Assembly: GCA_045837725.1 (NCBI GenBank)
Contig: JBEWZL010000126.1
Coordinates: 62,001-126,000 of the forward strand
From: Vermamoeba vermiformis
Lineage: Eukaryota
DNA length: 64,000 nt
Direction of reading: 5' to 3'
Below, piece after piece: positions 24,672 to 37,669 of this stretch. Below the pieces are notes generated by a model that saw only the letters and a program-made list of their open reading frames with translations, was not told where the DNA came from and made no database searches. A program made the translations under genes and the position numbers. The number at the start of each line of letters is the position of its first letter. The stretch's first letter is position 1.

Positions 24672-27600
24672 TCACTCGTCTGCCCCAAAGTGCATCGATT
24701 TCTTTGCTTCATTGTATCTGTCTTGCGCAGATTGTGAGTGCTTAATGTACTTCATCTCTTCTTCTACAGATATTTTGTGGGAATGAACCTCATTAATTTC
24801 GGAGCAAATGCAAATTACGACCAGTTCTTCGATGAGACCGAGATTCTTGTACGCTGTTATCTATGACGAAAAATTATTATTATTATTAGCCTTTAACAAG
24901 TGTTATTTTTGTAGCTCTTACCTTATGATGTCCGTCAATAATAAATAATTCCTCGTATGATGCGATAGCTAACGCTGCAGGTCGCCGACCTTTTCGGATC
25001 TGCTCCTCATAGTACTTTACACGCTCTTTGTTTAACAAATCAGATGGTTGAGTAAAGTACACGAGAGGATGGATTGGAAAGTCCGCTATAAAAATTTTGT
25101 TAGCTCGATCTGGATTCGACAAGCATTGTTTTTACGTACTATCCCCCTCAGATAGATCACTGTCAGAAGTGTATTCAAACAGCCTGTAGTCTCCTCGTAC
25201 TTGGACAGAAATTTCGTAAAAACCTGAAGAAAGGCATTTCATGAACGGCATCATCGTGTCAACCAGACTTTCAAAATCAAGGTGACCCTTGTTAAGGACA
25301 GTTTCTAAATCACACTATTAGTAACCGCTACTATATACTGAGTGCTATTGTACGCACCTATTTGCTTCACGGCAGATTCAATACTCGTTTGCGAAAGTGA
25401 CCGAGATCTGACCATGCAGCGAAAAATGGATCCATCATATTGTGGCCACGAAGAGATTATGGGCTGTCAAAATCAATCGTTATATATTTTGAATACTACG
25501 CGAACATGACTTACCTCGCCGTTGAGTTTGAGTCCAGTAAGAAAACCATGCTCGAGCACGAGCAGTCCTTCACCGTCATCAACATGCACAGCTTGACGGA
25601 AACATTCTGAGTATCGATTTCTTATGTAGTCATTTGTGAGAGATTTTTGAATTGATCGGAATGGATTTGTTGAATCTGGATCGGCTTTTGGATGCGTGAT
25701 CCAGATTTGCTTTGCTGTGATTTCTTTGAACCAGCTCTTTGATACTGCGACCGTTTGACACGCGTGATTGAAGGTCAAGTAGCTGAATACCAATGAGACA
25801 ATCTCACGAGGGAGATTCAAAAACGTTCCCAAATTGTATTCGGGTTCAGATCTCCACAAAGTATTCGACAAGCGGTAGTCCTATGATAATGGATTATTAT
25901 ATTACATACTTTCTATCGATTTATATTATTCTTACGTCTGGCAACAGAGTTTGACTCTCGACAAAATAGCGCAATTTTTCTCCGTCTCTTGTTTCTGTAT
26001 TTAACAACGTCTCAATCTCTTCTCGCGAAAAATTATTCAACGCGTGTTTCCAAAGAGCACGAATTGTCGATTCTTGACGCATCAAGTCCCATTGGAACCG
26101 ATTGAGAGCGATCTTCTCTTGGATGTGCTTGTAGTCCCTGAACAGCTTCTCAATGGGCTTCAGTTTCTCGCCGTAATTGATTTCATATATTCGCTCAGTT
26201 ATAAGGAACGCGATAATATCGCTCTTAATGAAAAAAGTTAGTATTGGAGGAAAATTACAAATTCGTGACCGTTGCGTGCTGCACTCTTCTTGACCTAACC
26301 GCTCCACACCACTATCACCTAGACCTCTCTTATACAATCTTTATGTAGTAGCCCTCGGGTACTATATTATTACGATCTAAAAATAGGATTTGTTCTTGTG
26401 GAAGGCGGAGGCAGATCGAGTAACGACAGCACTGATCAAGCGACAAAAATGTCCTTCAGATCAAAATGTTAAAACTTACCGTACGCATATAGGGCCACAT
26501 TGTCCATATTATAACGTAATCTCCGTAAAGTATCAGATCCTCAATGATTTGTCGATCCAACTCTGGATCGTATGGCAGAGTTGACTTTAGCCTTTTGTTC
26601 AACATTAGACTACGACCAACTATTGATATTATAAATATTACATACTCTAAAAGCTGTTTCAAAACATTGTACTGAAGGCACAGTGCCGCGACGCCAAACA
26701 CATTTACACCATCCGGCATAAGCGTTTCAAACCGTCTCATCTTGTTGGTCTTAGCACGAAGATTTAGCGTTGGATTGATCAATCGAGCAGTATCGTTGTA
26801 GCCATACGCGCAAGCATAGAAAATTGCTAGGAAAGAGTTAGTGATCCGTGATCTGAAAAAATTGATCTAGATCTTACCTAAATTGCCGTTTTTATCCTGC
26901 ACCGTAATATCTGCGCCACGTGATAATAAATAATCAGCAGCTGGTTTTTTCTGGCCATGAAAGTTCAACGCGTGTTGCAACGGCGTCTTTCCACAAACGA
27001 CGTCACTCACGGACAAGCCTTCGTGCTCAATCAAGTATTGCAATATTTTTGTGCTGTGTCTGCATGCTAATTTTAGAGCTTTGTCCGTTCGAGGGCTCTA
27101 AGCAAGAAAGAAAATTTAACACAAAATTCAAAAAAGATTTGGATCTTACTTTGCTGTGCTTTAACATCTCCTTAAAGTACTCCACGTTCTCCTTTCGAAT
27201 GGCTATTTCAACAGCGCTCTCTTTTTGCCGATAACTGCAGTCCGCTCCTTCTGGATTTGGGGCGAACGGATCTGTTGCTTTGTGGTGTGTCAAAATCATT
27301 CGCAATTGCTCCACCGTTAACTTTTCATTTGTAACTGCTATCGATAGAAAAGATTGCTGGTCTTCGAAGTAATCTACAGCAGTTAGCGTTAGTCATCTGC
27401 AACAAATCAGGTTACAAAACAAGTTTAACCGATATTAAACGTACCAATATCAATACTGTCCATTAAATTAAGTAATATTCGTAAAAGGTCGCCGTTACTC
27501 GGATCTCCGTTCTTGCACAAGGTAGAAATTGGATTATTAATTTTGTCGCTGAGTAAATTCTTCGTATGCTGTATTACTCGTTCTGAGGGATTATTCCAAT

Positions 27601-27772
27601 TATATGATAAGTAGTTCTGAATTTTTTCTTGATCATTCTGATTAATCCAATCAAAGATCTCGTTTTGATTTTGTCCACAAATCCACTCTTCTAGCAGCGC
27701 GTCAAATAATGTATCTGCATTTACATTTGCATCAGTAGAAAGAAAATCGACAACTGGCTTGTTGTCCTCCAT
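24672..27772 (-). CDS. Ankyrin repeats + F-box + ParB/Srx-like (IIDGHHK) protein, paralog A
   Basis: Ankyrin-like ESAVEIAIRKENVEYFKEML; an in-phase intron links ...LLPD to DYRLSNTLW; F-box FLNLPREIVSLVFSYLTF..ACQTVAVSKSW; C-terminal RVKYYEEQIRKGRRPAALAI...FIIDGHHK|ITAYKNLG; TGA at 24672-24674. Confidence 0.75.
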
Positions 27773-27867
27773 TCTGAAGAGCCAAAAAATAATAATTGCT
27801 TGCAAGATCCGGTAGTTATAGTTCATTTATTAAAGACAAGATTGTCTAATAAGGGCAGTGTTGGAAT

Positions 27868-30800
27868 CTAAAGGTCGCCAAACAGTGAATGAAGGTCTGA
27901 ATAGTTGTAGTCACGGATCATGTCACGCAATGTCAACAGACTGTGAAGCAACTTCGACGGCTTGCTGGCGAACAAGCGAAGGTGATTCAGCACTGTGGTG
28001 ATTAATTTGATCATTGAAGCATTATGAGGTCCTGATGGAGGCACCAAATCGTCACGTTCTTCGACGAAACCGTTGTGTTTGTCAAGCACTGTTGCACGAC
28101 ACAACGCGTTCCATGTCTCGTGCCACTTGTCAGGAGACAACTCTATTCCAACAATAGTTTGATCGATGAAGTCCATCTTGTCAGGAACGACACTGAGAAG
28201 CATCATGAGTGCTGTCTTCTCTTGTTTGTAATAGCTCAAGTTGCCGTTGAGCAGTTTGAGCAGTGTGATGCATCGATGCTCGTCGTTGTTCGTGCCATGC
28301 ATGTAGCGTAGATGATGAAACTCCGCTATTGAATTCTTTGACTTGAGGAACGTGATCAATTCATTTGCTTCGAAGAGCGACACGAGAAGAAAGTGCGTCT
28401 TGGTGCCGTTGAATTTGATGACAACATCGATTGGTCGAATGTAGTTGGACAGCATGTGTGACTTAACTGTTGACAAGAAGTTCTTCGTAACATAGATGTT
28501 GTTGATTATATCTGCCCTTTCGAACGCTCTGTTATTGCTCCATTCAGCGTCCAAAATTGTTCCGAAAAATATGTTCTTAATTGGCAAAACTGGCAAAGTA
28601 GACATGGCATCAAAGTGCGTGACTCTATCAAACGGCCAGGATCCCTCCTCGTTAGGTTCGACAAGGGGAGGTAGCTCTCGTTGTCGCTCCTCTTCGACTT
28701 CTTGTTGGAGTTCTCGTTCGTACTCTTCATTCACACTGCCAGAAATACGAGCTATCTTGCCAGTAGGAACAAGTTTGCAAGCGTGATTGATCAGATTGTC
28801 GTACAGAGGACGCGCTTTCTCGGTGAGCTGATATTCTTGACCAATCTCTCGACCCAACAACTCGCTCTTTGTTCTCGTTCCATGTTGATTGATGTGATCT
28901 TTCACGTTCACGGACTTCAACGGAATGCCGTACATGTCTTCTGTTGCAAGTACCTCTTTTAACACCACCGCTTTGATGATATCTGTAGGCGTTATTGATG
29001 GGCTCGAGTGAAGCAAGTCCAATGCCATTGCTGCTGCATAGTGATGGAATCCTTGTGATGCGTATGTAATGATCGCCTCTTCTTGTGCTTTGATTGTGTT
29101 CTCAACGACCCATTCAAGGATATGAACACTCGTTATTGTGTCCTCAGTGAGTCCCTGATTGTGACCCATTTGTTGAATCTTCATCGTGACTTCTGATGTG
29201 CCCCAGAACGTCACATTGTGCAGCCCAACAACAAGCTTTCTCATGCGCATGCACGCTTGCATCAGCTTGTCTTTTGTGATACCCGTTGCAACCGTAACGA
29301 ATGCATGAGACTTTGTTGGGAATGGCAAGTCAGTGCCTCGAGTGTGAATGTCATCCAAGTACGTGAAGCACGAGTGCTCAAGCGGTCGACTGCTGCTCAG
29401 CTGAGTGCTGTTGCCATGTCTGTCGATCAATGCCAATCTGTTGGACTCGTCAAAGAAGATGCCTGTCTGAAAGCGAGGACAGATCTCGAGCACTTTCACA
29501 ACAACTTCACGGTTTGACATGCCCTCGATCAGTGCTCCACTATCAATCAGAACATTCCAGTTGTCGTGACTGCACATCTCTTGCAAGATTCTCTCTGACT
29601 CGAACTCTTTTGGCAATGACTTGTATTGACGATTGTTGAACTTCTCGTTGGTCAGAACGTCAATCATTTTGCCGTTCGTTGACTCCACTGATGGAAGTGC
29701 CACTTGTCTGACGTACAACGGAAGAGTGTGTTTGGTGTCATCGGTTCCCGAGAACCCAACAACCTGTTCGCTAGTAAGTATGTTTCGTGAATGAGCAGCA
29801 ACCTACCTTATCAGCGCTCTTTGCAAGGTCCCAAGAGTTTGCAATGATCTTTTCTGGGAATGACCGCGTGCCCAATGGAAGAACGAAGCTGTCAAGATAG
29901 TATGCAATCACTTCGTAGTTACGACCAAAGTACAGTGTCAAATGCTGTGCAGGTATTAGTAAGTTACTCTTCAATTAGACGGCCTACTTGCCTCCATCAA
30001 GTTTACGTTCTCGACGTTTACCGCTTCGATCTTCTCAAGCAAAGTGACATACTTCGCGTTCATAATTGGCTTCGAGATCATGTACCATGTGCGATAGATC
30101 TCTCGCTGTTCGTTGATTCCTTTCGTTTTCAAGTACACAAAGCATGATTTGACAGCTTCTGAGTCGATTCCAGCGCTATGTGCCAAGATCGTGAGAGTGA
30201 TGGCCATGTCAGGTTGACCGAACTCCACTCCATCTGCTGGCGTGTCTTTGCCTCTGAACGGAACTGCCATTGGTACTGCCCTACGCTTGTCGATACCATA
30301 GTGGATGCGATGACGCTTCATCAGTGATGCCTTGAGCACTTCAAATGATAGCAATCCACGGAGCACGAGCACAGGTACTCTGAGTGACTTGTCAAGCACC
30401 AACTTGTTCTTGAATGCATCGCACTTCTTATCGCCGTCAGGAGTGTCAGGATAGTTGTTCAGCACGAAGTCCTCAACTTGCTTCAGCTCGTCAGGAGACT
30501 TTCCTTTTGCAATCCGTAGCCAAACAGGATCAAGTTGAAAGACACTAAATAGACTTGCTCTGAATGCCTCGAAAAAGTCTTCGTTGATTAAGCGAATGAC
30601 AGGAAGCACGTGCGGCTCCCCTACCACCGGATGAAAGATGAAGTGTGCCGTTGATGCTTTCATTGCGTTGTATAGCTTCTCGAGCTTTGATGGTCTGTCG
30701 CAACTGCTGTCAAGATATCTGCCGGGGACAGCATCCCTGTTCATCTTATACAAGTTGGCCATGAAGATGCATCGAACAAGTGCCAAATGAACATGCCATC

Positions 30801-33800
30801 GCGAGCTGCCTCCTTCAATCAACTGTTGATCACCAAGTGTGTAGATCAGTTGGTACTTGTGACGAAGAATCTCATCGCTCTCATCAAGCAGTTCGAGAAT
30901 TGGTGCATCGATAATGCCTATGTCAAATATAATTAGCCAATATTAGATCAAAATACACCATTACCTTTGAAATTCTCAACTGCCAAGCCATTGCCTTGCT
31001 TCGGGTAAGTGGTCTGCCTTAAGACTTCTCTGTATTTGAGTTGCATGCTCAAGCGATGCTCTGGAGTTGACAATATGATACCACCATGAAGCTTGCATTC
31101 TTCGAATTGCCTTCGCAACTCATCCATTGCTTGAGGCGTTAAAGGCACATTGCGTTGAAATGGAAATAAATAGATTCGCTTTCCAAGCATAGTGCCAAGT
31201 GCAAGTTTAAGATAGTTGTGAACTTCTTGAAATAGTGACGGCAGTACGTTGACTCGAACGAGAGTTTGTCCGTTTGCCAAAACACTGCATAAGATCGGAA
31301 CAATCACTTTCGACTTGCCTTCGCCCATGTTCAACTGAAGAACGATGTTCTTTTCTTCAAGCATCTTTGCTGCAATCTCCACTTGGATCGATCGAATGCA
31401 CACTCGTCGCTCCATCTCGAAGATGAGCCATTCAGGGTGTTGACGCGGACTCCACTCTCGCTTGTCTGACAACTCTGCAAACAGTTGCGATTCAAATCCT
31501 TGGCGATCGCCCTCATCGGTAAGTGAGTTCAAGTCGTTCAAGAGCTCAATAATTCGTGCCAGCTTGACGAAATGAACCTGATGGATTGCGAAACGCAACG
31601 CTAGTTCATGCAAAATATTGGCATCTTGGAGGCAAGGGTTGATCGCATGATATTGATAGCCGTTCTTGAGGAGCGAAGGAATTATGCGAGGATGAGGTCT
31701 TGTAAGTAAATTCGTCATCTTCCATAGGTTTAGCAGTGGAAGGTCAACGCTCGTCAAGACCTGCACTATCTCCGACCAGATTCTGTTGCGCTTTTTAATA
31801 ATTTCATCCTTCAAATTGACGTAATTGTCTAAATTCATGTCAATCTTTGGCGTTGGTTGCTGTGAATAAATGTGCTTTTGGTAGCTATCTTTAAGCTCGT
31901 TGACAATCTTAGACTGAATTTCTGCGCTTCCTTCGATTGACTGAATTTGTAACGGAAAGTCAACTGGCTTCGCTTCTCCTTCGTAAACGTTGAGAAGCTC
32001 TTGAATCTCGTCTAGTTTGTCATTGAGTGCCCTTCTTTCTGCTGCCTTCGTTCTATCTTTTGCTATTGAACTTAGTCGCTCTAAGATCGCCGATTCTTCT
32101 AATTTAAGCGCGTTAATATCTACTGACGGCTTAACCTGTGTACTGGCAAATTCGTAAGACGCTCCAAGCCTTTGCTCGAAGAATTCCACTCCGCTACAGA
32201 ACTTATTCAGCGGTTCTAACTCCAAGTCCATGACATCAAGATTGATTGCTGGCCATGTAAACGTCAATTGCCGAGAAGAGCTGAACGAAACTGTCTCTTT
32301 CAACGTAAAGGACGAAGAATTGACATTGACGGGCTTGGCAAGTTCATCAAGATAGTCCCATAATAACCGCCCGAGTAACCGAGTGTTGTGCAAATTTTTC
32401 AGCCTCTTCAAAAACCTGGTTCGCCACGTAACGTTGAACGAACGGAAGTAGTCCTCTTTCTCTTCAAATGATGACAAAGGGCAACCGTTCTCGTCCAAAT
32501 AATTGCTAGCGTAGATTTTCCAAGCTGCTTCCTTGTTCTGCGATGTGTCATCTCGAGGAATTAGTTGTCTGAAATCCTCCTCATTGACAATTCCATAGCA
32601 GCGAATAGAACTGCTCTCCAGTAAGCGGCGGTCGGGACGCACGAGGTTTGGCGTTGTCATTGTGCAATAGATACACTGCAAAAGCACCAATTCAGTCGAA
32701 TTTTTTAGCAAGGCATTGTGAGCCAAGAAGGTCAAATACGTCAGCACTTCATCGGGTTTTCGGTGCTCCAGCTGCTTGATAAACCAGAAAAACATTTGTT
32801 CGTTGCCAGCCTGTCCCAAAGCCTGCCATTCTGAAGGAAGATTGCCTACAAACGGCGATATCGTTACTTCCTGAATATTGCATTAGTACTCTAAAATGCC
32901 TTGATTTAATTTCCGTTTGAAACCTACCCTATTGAAGAAGTGTCTAATTTTGAATGAGGATGGCAACGTTTCTTTCGAAAAAAATATTGTCGGAACGTTG
33001 GTGAAGTATTTGCCAGGCGAGTAGCTCTTATGGACTAGATATGTCTTAAGATAACGTTCAATGCTCTCATCCAACGTTGCTCCGGCAGGTAAAAGATGCC
33101 TTGTCTTGAAGTACTTCTTCGCTTGGTCGGCAATGAAATCTTCATCTATTTTGATTATCTTGGCTTCACCTTGCGGGGTTAAGAATAACAGCCTCGTTGA
33201 TTCAGAATAGAGATGATATACAAGGAGCTTGATAGAGTAAACCATCGGCGAGTATTCCTTCAAGTTCAGAAGATCTTTCATGGCCTCTACCTCTGCGACA
33301 GAATATAAATTGTTCTGCCAGCATTGATGAAGCAAATAGAGTGCTTGTTGTAGTCCAGTAGTCTGAGTTAAGGGATCTATGGTGTATGAATACTTCGCGT
33401 AAATATTTGCCAAAACTAAGCGCGACAATGTCGTTGATGGTATCAAGCGCTGTTGTACGTCGTCAAATTCGTACGGATATATTTGGTCTTCTCTGGAAAT
33501 CAAGACGATGGGTAACTTCGTGCTGTGGGCGCTTGCAGGTTGAATATACAAGTATCTGGAGAAGAGTGGAAACGTTGGTACCACTTGGACATCAGCGAGT
33601 TTGTAGCCCGGGTAATTGTCTGAAATGATTTCTCCGCTCTCTTTGATCGTAAACGTCAAATTGAACTTCAGATAGGTTACTTGGCACTCTTTCGGTGAAG
33701 ATCTTGTACAGAGTATGTTCTCCACTTTGTCAATTCTGTACAGGACCTTCATTAAGCTGACTAAACGGTCATCTTTGGCATTCAGCAGCTGATTTCTCTT

Positions 33801-36800
33801 GCCCTTGTCATTTACGTAGCACTCGCCCGTGTCAAGCTTCATCCAATAGCTAAAGTCTGTTCGTCTGAAATCTGGTGGACGAAATTCGATGACACCGTTC
33901 TCGAAATCAATCCAGTGTGCCATTTCATTAACGAGTATCGTCGGCAGGCTCGAACGCGCCAAGAAATTTCGTGGTAGCAGTGTGAGCTTTCTTCCATCTT
34001 CGTGCTGTTCTTGAATAAAAGGAAACTGCTCTAAGCTCTTCCAGAAGCCAAACTTGAACGTACGTTGACCAAAGGGCAATGAAACATACTCGTTGTTGAC
34101 GCGTTGCACGATGAAATTTGTGTTCTTCATTACTTCTTGGTATAGAGGTGACTGAACTATAATCGATGGAAGCTCTGATACTGTGAACCCCTCTCGAAGA
34201 ATCAAACCAGATATTGGGTTGACCGAGTACGGGCCGCTCGAATACCAATCTGTAAATCGACCATCCTCGCGTGTCATTCTTCTCCAAGATAAATCTTCTT
34301 GCCCGATATCAACTCCGTCTTTGATTAAATAATAAAGCAGAGCAGGATCTCTTGCTATTTGCTCGTGAATGCGACTTGTATTGTTGAATGCATGAGCGTC
34401 AACTATCATGAGCAAGCCATCAATGTCAGCTGTAATGTTATTTCCAACAACGCTTTTTTGTCGCTGCAATGCTGATCGATAGCTTAAGTATTGTCCTGTA
34501 ACTTCGCGTGATGCAAGGAGCAGGTACGCGTAAAACTGAATGAGTAGCAATCTCCATTTAAGGACGAGCTCCGGTCTAGTGATGAACTCTCTGATCAGCT
34601 CCTCGACTTCTTTGGTCCATTCTATTATTACTGCACGTGCTTTGATTAAAAGATTATCGAACTCTTGTTCCAGTCCAAACTGTGCAACAAATGTCGAAAT
34701 CTCGATGATGAGTCGTAATGTAGCGTGTGATTCCCAGTTCTGGTGGGTGGTGGATAATTTCGCTGACAAAACTTGATAGAGCTCGGTTAGCCAGGTTTCA
34801 TCAAACAAATCCTGCTTCCAGCTCCACTTGCACGCTGCTACGGGTGAGATCGGACCCACTTCATATAACACTCGTTGAGCCAAGATCAGGAAGTCGCTGT
34901 TGTTGATTTGTTTGTCTGACAGTGACTTCAGTGTCATGACGAGTTCTCTGATCTGCAAGTTGGGCACTGCACGGACTCTTCCGAACGATATGAACTCGCT
35001 CTTTGTCATCGTTGCTGGCATTTTGTGTTGAGACGCCAGAACTTGGTTCTCGGTATGGTTTGCGTCGGCCATCCAAGGCAAGTCTGCAAGAGGCCCATTC
35101 AATTGGTATTGGTACTTAGTTACATCAAATTTGAATGGATCCGATTCGTCTAAGCTGCTTCCACCCAGTGAAACCAAAGCATTGAAGTCGGGATAAACTA
35201 TGTCAACGGTGAATGTAGAGTGCTTTTTGAAATGCGAATCCGTCGCCAGTGGCTTTCGTGTGCTGACTAATGATACCTTCGAAGAGTGTCTCTTCAGCTG
35301 AAGCCCGTTGTCTAACGCCCAGTTCACACAGTCGACCGTTGTTAGAGTAGCACTACCAAATTCGCTAGAATGCAACTTGTATGCATTAGTAATAACTGAT
35401 CCATAAGCGATTATGATTTGTGGTTGGGTTGTGAAAAACATGACTTGTTTGGCGAGCTCATCCTTCGCAGGCAGCGGATTAACCACTTGAGTCGATGTTT
35501 GCAACAGCCTCTTCAGTTCGAGGCAACGATCACAATGTTTTATGACACGCTGCTTTTCGTTTTTCTCGCACTTGCACGCCTCATCCTGTAGCGTTGAGTA
35601 CTGTTGTTGGATTTGATCTAACTTGTTTTGGCGCTCAATCTTCCTTTTTCTCTCATTTTCTCGTTCTGTGGCCAAGAGGCTCTTCATGTCCTCATTTGAG
35701 TCGAAATACTTTTGAGCAAAATCTTGCGTTACTGAAGGGCACTCGTAGTCGAATAGACCGTTGTAGCCTAATAACCGCTTGCGCTCAATTAGAGCAGCTG
35801 CTGTCTCCATTAGAAAGCGTTCTCTGAGAGTGAGACTCTCCAAAAGATCAACGGGAAGTGCCATGCCAACATTCGTAAACAACTCCGGCCATCGTACACG
35901 AGCAATGCAATCGACCAAAGAAGTCAAACACCACACTGCCAAGACCTCTCTACTGCGTCGCTCAGCTGACGTCTTCTTCACTTTGGCAACTAATGCTGTG
36001 TAGGCATCTGATAAGCTCCGTAGATTGCTAGCCCAGGCATCAAGATCCCCGTCTACGTGTTGTGTACGCACCAGATTGAAGAGATGATAGATGAAGGACT
36101 CGGTTCCTTGCAGCATTAGAGAGGCCGTGAACATCGCCAACTCGGGCTTCTGTTTTGTAACAATGACCAGCGCCCGTTCTATTTCGTGCGTGGTAGAATT
36201 AAGCAAAGCAAAGGCTGAGCTCGGGTTGATAGATGTTACAAACTCTGCCGGATTGACAATTGAGGAAAACTCCTCTTTCAAGAAGTTGATCTCAACGTTC
36301 GAGCCAGCTTTCAGCGACTGCAGTATTTCTGGGGCCGGAAGAGCAAACCTGCCTAAAACGTAGCGTTAAATTGGCCTATGCTGATTATTTGCCTATTTAC
36401 CAGATATGCCTTGCACATCGATTTTGCTCGGCAATCGCTCCTTCAGCATACGCTGCTTGAGGACTTGCGGATAGAAATCATCAATTCGCTGCTGAATAGG
36501 CTGGCACTTTGTCGTAATGAACGTGATGACTTTCTCTGCCGCACTGTTCAGTGCTAGTAGCTTTCGTGATCTTAGGCCAATACGCTGTAGCATCTCCACC
36601 TGCACTGCCGCACAATCTTGCTCTATCATAACCTCTTTGTGGCTCAACCTGTTGTATTGCAAGGCGAGCCAAGTCTTGAAGCCCAACATCAGGATTTTGT
36701 ATTGCTCCAACGAGAAACCACCCCATCTCTGAGCCAGAGCAGTTGCAAACCGGATGGAGTTCCAGTGGATAGATCTGCGCCAGGGCACACCCTGACCGAC

Positions 36801-37669
36801 GAAGTTCTTGAGGGATCCAACTGTCTTCAGTGCATCGAGCGATGTTTCCACGAGAATGGTTTCCTTTGATAGTTGTGGCAGTAGCCACTCGATAATGTAC
36901 GTGGGTGTCGGTGGTTTTCTATTATCGGGAAGCTGACTTGCGCGGCTTTTCCCCAACGGATACGCACCGGAAAACTCGTTGAGCTGCAGGTCAGCCATAT
37001 AATGTAACCATCTGTCGGTAATTCTGGCCTTCTCCACTCTAAATATTGCTTTAGGCAGAGCGATACGCCACGTGCGTGTGAATCCATCGTCTTCTACAGG
37101 GTAGACCGAGGAATAGTTAGTGCGACGTAGCTCCATGGGCACGAATAGCAAGTGACCTGCCGACTCTTTGTCGGCGAACACCACAATGTCACATGAGTGG
37201 TATGGAAAGTGCAACACGATGAAGCTGCCTAAGAACGCGGTTAGTTGGATCGAGAAGCTATGAGATCTTGATACTTACTCTCTGATAACGAACTTATGGC
37301 ACGTCGAGTTTTAGTGCAGACATCCTTTAACGAATTAGTGGCATTTCGGTAAATGTCCAAAGTGCTCTGCCAGCTGATTCACAAAGAGGTGACAAAAAGT
37401 GGATCTAATCCGGTGATGAAACTGGACGCTAGGTAAGCAATGAATGACTCTATGTATATAGAGAAGCGAGCATCTTTAGCATAGCTTGGTTTGTTGAAGA
37501 GCGGAAATACATTTAAATAGACGTCTGAAAAAATTGAAAAAATTAATCTTCGCCTTCATATTGATCTCCGCACTCGATTACCTTCGAGGTCACCATCCTA
37601 GAATTTTTTAAAATTAAAATAAGCCAAAATTAATTTTTGGATCGTGTTACCAACCTTTGAAGATTCCAT
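27868..37669 (-). pseudogene. DUF3638/DUF3645 giant P-loop NTPase-like protein, copy A (in-frame TGA in exon 3)
   Basis: PWRRS, QLNMGEGKSKVIVP, LLDESDEIL, KRHRIHYG..MAVPFRGKDTP..EFGQPD, GFSGT, LIDSGALI, YLDDIHTRGTDL, QACMRMRKL, EEYERELQQEVEEERQ. 5' micro-exons MESSK|DGDLE|DVYLNVFPLF. TGA at 37379-37381 aligns to Leu in copy B; the rest appears open. Confidence 0.8.
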
